A stretch of DNA of 64,000 nucleotides from NCBI GenBank assembly GCA_963692865.2, contig OY843592.1, forward strand, positions 1,504,001 through 1,568,000, given 5' to 3'. Each line of letters starts with the position of its first letter. The first letter of the stretch is position 1. The DNA comes from a bacterium. GTDB lineage: Bacteria; UBA8248. The notes under the pieces are model-generated. The model had not been told where the DNA came from, ran no database searches, and worked only from the letters and a program-made list of their open reading frames with translations. Shown here in pieces: positions 60,461-64,000 of the stretch. Both the position numbers and the translations under genes were made by a program.

Positions 60461-60937
60461 CTACTCGTCCACCTCCTCGAACTCCGCCGTGTATTCGACC
60501 GCGATGCCCCGCTGCACGCTCTGACTCGCCGGGCAGCCCTTCTCGTGCACGGCGAGGGCGCGCTCGGCGTCTTCGCGCTTGCCCCTGGGGATGCGGCACT
60601 TGTAGTGCACCTTGATCCGGGTGACCAGGGCCATGCCGTCCACGTTCTCGATGATGCCTTCGACTTCCGCCACGAGGTTGTCGGGGCTGCTCTTGATCCC
60701 GCGCGCATCCAGCGCGCCTCCCATGTTGCCGGTCAGTCACCCGGCGACGGCGGCGGCGAGGTGGTCCAGCGTGGCCGGACGCTCCTCTTCGGGTTCGGCC
60801 TTGTAGAAGTTCTTGATGCCCCCGTGGATGCCGTAGGGGATCGGCTCCTCGGGGAAGGCGTCGAGATAGCCCGTCTTCATGCCCCTGCCGGGCTCCTTGA
60901 CGATGCGGGCCTTGGTGACGTGAATGACTTCGCCCAT
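60461..60937 (-). CDS. OsmC/Ohr-family selenoprotein (in-frame UGA at 60737-60739)
   Basis: The two ORF-track pieces are in frame: ...LDHLAAAVAG-U-LTGNMGGALDARG...HEKGCPASQS; the UGA aligns with the first catalytic Cys; downstream hairpin present. Confidence 0.8.
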
Positions 60938-61037
60938 CTTGTTCTCCTTGTCGGATGAGGATTCGAAAATTCCCTGAATAAAAAGACGCTCAAGGGTAGC
61001 ACCCTCATGAGGCGAGGGGAACTCTCCCCCGGCCTCC

Positions 61038-61946
61038 TCAGGTGATGACGACGATGGTGCCCGCAACGGTCAGGAGCGCGCCCAGGACGAGCCGGGGCGT
61101 GATGTTCTCCATCTCGCGCAGGAACAGCCAGCCGAGCGCCAGCACGATGAGCGGCTGGGCGGAAACGAGGGCCGTCACGCGAACGGCGAGCGTGTGGACG
61201 AACGCGAAGTTGTAGAACGGCACGGCGATCGACTGGCAGACGGCCGCGGCGAGAATCCACCTCCAGGCCGAAGCGGGTATGGGGCCGCGCGATTCCTCGC
61301 CCCTGCTCAGCGTCATCAGCAGCAAGGCCGTGGCGGCCCCCACCCAGAGCGCTATCGCGGCGGTGGCGAGCGGATGGAGGTTCAGTGACGCCTTTTTGAA
61401 GAAGATGGCGGCCACGCCCCAGAGCAGCGAGGTGACGCCCGCGGAAATCCAGCCGAACAGCTTCCACCTCGCGCCGCGGGTTTCGCCTTCCGCATCCCGG
61501 GATGGTTCGGCCTGAACGATGAGCGTGATGCCGACGAGGAGAATCGCGAGACCGGCGAAGATGGAGAGAGTCGGCGTCTCGCTCAGCATGAACGACGCCG
61601 CAACGGCGGTTATGGCGGGATACGTCAACGCGATGGGGATGGAGCGGTTCGGCCCGATGCGGTGGATGGCGCGGTAGTAGAACGAGCGCGATATGCCGAT
61701 GTGGAAAAAGCCCGCGATGAAGGCGAAAGCCAGAGTGGCCTTGGTGACGCCCTGAAAATCGTCGATAGAGATGAAGCCGATGGCGATGAGCGTCACGATA
61801 GCGGCGTTTACGGTCGTGACGGCGGCGGTGACCTTGAGGACGGGCGCGTTCATGAGCGCGCGCTTGATGAAATAGACGAACACCGCCCATGCGGCCGAGG
61901 CTATCGAGCCAAGCAATACGCCGTAGGCGTTCGATTCGGGGGTCAT
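61038..61946 (-). CDS. EamA/DMT-family transporter
   Basis: About ten TM segments in two EamA repeats (YYRAIHRIGP, FMLSE / LFLRE). Confidence 0.85.
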   Translation of the reverse strand: MTPESNAYGVLLGSIASAAWAVFVYFIKRALMNAPVLKVTAAVTTVNAAIVTLIAIGFISIDDFQGVTKATLAFAFIAGFFHIGISRSFYYRAIHRIGPNRSIPIALTYPAITAVAASFMLSETPTLSIFAGLAILLVGITLIVQAEPSRDAEGETRGARWKLFGWISAGVTSLLWGVAAIFFKKASLNLHPLATAAIALWVGAATALLLMTLSRGEESRGPIPASAWRWILAAAVCQSIAVPFYNFAFVHTLAVRVTALVSAQPLIVLALGWLFLREMENITPRLVLGALLTVAGTIVVIT

Positions 61947-62009
61947 CTCAGCGGCGCCGCGCGGACGGATGCGCCGCGCGCCGGGACCTTCGAGGGGCGG
62001 CCAATGAGG

Positions 62010-62633
62010 TTATTTGTCGGGATTGATGCAGAGCACCGCGCGCCAGTAGTCGAAGATGTTCACGCGCTCCTGGTGTTCGAGGAGCAGGTTGTTCGCCTCG
62101 AGGAGGGGCTCCAGGTCCAGCGTGGTCTCCCAGCCGAATTTCTTGCAGACGCCGTTGATGAGTTCTTCGAACTTCGCCAGCAGGAACTTCTGGCTCTTGA
62201 AATGGTTGATGAAGACGATGCGCCCGCCCGGCTTGCACACGCGGCATATCTCCGAGACGACCTTGTGCGGGTCGGGGGCCGCGCTCACCACGTAGCAGGC
62301 GGTCACGCAGTCGAAGGTGTCGTCCGCATACTCCATGTTCTGCGCGTCCATGACGGAGAGCTTTACGTTGTCGAGTCCGAGCTTCTCTATCTTCTCCTTC
62401 GCCTTCTCGAGCATTTTCGAGGAGATGTCGATGGCGATGATCTCCGACGTCGACGGGTAGAGCGGCAGGGAGAGTCCGGTGCCCACGCCCACTTCCAGCA
62501 GCTTCTCGCCCGGCTGGAGGTCGAGCATGTCGACGCAGACGGTTCGGCCCTCGTTAAACACGTCCTTGAATACGAAGTCGTAGAATTTGCCCCAGCGATC
62601 GTATATCTTGATGACAGAGTCCGGTGATTCCAC
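62010..62633 (-). CDS. Class I SAM methyltransferase, phospholipid N-methyltransferase (PmtA)-like
   Basis: YDRWGKFYD, LEVGVGTGLSL, YVVSAAPDP, RVCKPGG...NHF; GTG start inferred. Confidence 0.8.
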   Translation of the reverse strand: MESPDSVIKIYDRWGKFYDFVFKDVFNEGRTVCVDMLDLQPGEKLLEVGVGTGLSLPLYPSTSEIIAIDISSKMLEKAKEKIEKLGLDNVKLSVMDAQNMEYADDTFDCVTACYVVSAAPDPHKVVSEICRVCKPGGRIVFINHFKSQKFLLAKFEELINGVCKKFGWETTLDLEPLLEANNLLLEHQERVNIFDYWRAVLCINPDK

Positions 62634-62838
62634 TTTACATCCCTCAATCAAGTTTCCGCGCCCGCAACTGCGCGGAATCCGTCGGGCGATGGCCGCAACT
62701 ACGGAAAAACGTCCGGGCGTGCTTCCCGGATTGATATGAGCCTCTTCCTTCCAACTTCGGAAGATATGCCATATTCTAGGCAAAATGAAAAAATTTTTCC
62801 ACATCCACGAACGATAGTGATTACGGGAGAGTATGATC

Positions 62839-63624
62839 ATGGCGTGGGAGACCATCGATTTCGAGGAGGAGAACGGCCTGGCCCTCGTTCGGCTCAACCG
62901 CCCCGAGGCGCTCAACGCGCTCGACCGCCAGATGGCGAAAGACTTGTACGAGGTATGCGAGCGGTGCGACGAACCCGAGGTCCGCGCGATGGTCCTGAGC
63001 GGGGCGGGGCGCGCCTTCTGCGCGGGCGGGGATTTGAAGGAAATCGAGGCGCGCATCCGGGCGGGGGAGCGTATGGAGGAGTTCCTCTGGCCGGACTATC
63101 AAAGAGCGCTGGCGAAGCTCCACGAGGTCCGCTGCCCGACGATAGCCGCCGTCCATGGTTTCGCCGTGGGCGCGGGATGTGATATCGCTTTGGCCTGCGA
63201 CATCCGCCTGGCGGGCGAGGGCGCCTCGTTCGGGCAGGTGTACTCGAAGGTGGGGCTCGTCCCCGATTGCGGGGGCACGTTTTTCCTGCCCCGCGTCGTG
63301 GGCGGTGCGAAAGCCCTGGAGTTGATACTGACGGGCGAGGTCATCGACGCGCGCGAGGCGCTGGCCATCGGTCTCGTCCGCTCGGTTCATCATGACGATG
63401 CCCTCATGGAGGAGGCGATCGCCTTCGGAAGAAGGCTCGCCGAGGGACCCTCGATTGCGCTTCGCGCGGCGAAGAAGCTCGTTCGCGGCTCGGGCGGCCT
63501 CGACGCGGCGACGGCGCTTCGCGCGGAAGCGGGCGCGCAGGCCGAGACCGTCGCCAGCCGGGATTTTCAGGAAGGCATCGCCGCTTTCCTGGAGAAGAGA
63601 AAACCCCGGTTCCGGGGCGAATGA
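62839..63624 (+). CDS. Enoyl-CoA hydratase/isomerase
   Basis: LNRPEALNAL, AFCAGGDL, AVHGFAVGAG, GLVPDCGG, DFQEGIAAFLEKRKP. Confidence 0.92.
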   Translation: MAWETIDFEEENGLALVRLNRPEALNALDRQMAKDLYEVCERCDEPEVRAMVLSGAGRAFCAGGDLKEIEARIRAGERMEEFLWPDYQRALAKLHEVRCPTIAAVHGFAVGAGCDIALACDIRLAGEGASFGQVYSKVGLVPDCGGTFFLPRVVGGAKALELILTGEVIDAREALAIGLVRSVHHDDALMEEAIAFGRRLAEGPSIALRAAKKLVRGSGGLDAATALRAEAGAQAETVASRDFQEGIAAFLEKRKPRFRGE

Positions 63625-63658
63625 CGGCTCCCCGGCGGTTCGGGGCCGGCGCCATGCA

Positions 63659-63861
63659 GGGGCCGTTGGAAAACCCTGTTCCGGGGTCGGGCGGACACAC
63701 AGGTCCACCCCTGCGTTTCGTTTCGCAGAGGTTGGCAGGTCAGACATATATGTCTGACATATCATGCGACCCGTATTGTGAAGGCGACAAGGCAGGGCCG
63801 CATGATATGCGGCCCCTACGGTGAGATCCCGACAGGCTCGCAAGGGGTTTTTCAACACCCC
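63659..63861. mobile_element. ~200-bp TIR-bounded MITE-like element, copy 2
   Basis: Near-identical to 4116-4319 with only scattered substitutions. Confidence 0.8.
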
Positions 63862-64000
63862 CGAGAAAGGAGCGTTTGTATCGAAGGGCGAGCAGGCATC
63901 CTTCGATACGCGGCTTCGCCGCTACTCAGGATGAGGCGGAGAAGGGTTTTTCAACAACCCCATCGAGGGGGAGTCATTCCATGAGCGTATGTCGATTGAA

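Overview
GC-rich bacterial chromosomal window from a diderm; the gene mix is Deltaproteobacteria/Nitrospinota-like, but the taxonomy is only inferred. Housekeeping blocks are purD-rsmE-prmA, hrcA-dnaJ, tmk-holB-PSP1-metG-tatD/radical SAM, lhr, groES-groEL, TonB-like/DtxR and gpsA. They are separated by unusually dense intergenic mosaics of several palindromic repeat families: GTAG-type REPs around a RAYT transposase, GTCATTCCGG, CTCCCCCTTGAGGGGGAG and CATCCTGAG palindromes, and GTTGAAAA...TTTTCAAC TIR-bounded MITE-like shells. Main discoveries: (1) a putative phase-variation switch, where a Cre-like tyrosine recombinase sits head-to-head with a 1130-aa TbpB-like surface lipoprotein and a ~170-bp promoter-bearing segment between them is bounded by inverted TAA-N6-TTA sites with complementary spacers; (2) an OsmC-family selenoprotein split by an in-frame UGA with a SECIS-like hairpin; (3) a sigma54-promoter-driven, terminator-bounded ~220-nt structured RNA; (4) nested MITE/REP insertions with both empty and filled sites in the window; (5) a low-GC HEPN/Abi-like gene and a small island with a duplicated membrane-protein + Pro-rich micro-peptide module and a PIN toxin-antitoxin pair. 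No tRNA, rRNA or CRISPR array was recognised.
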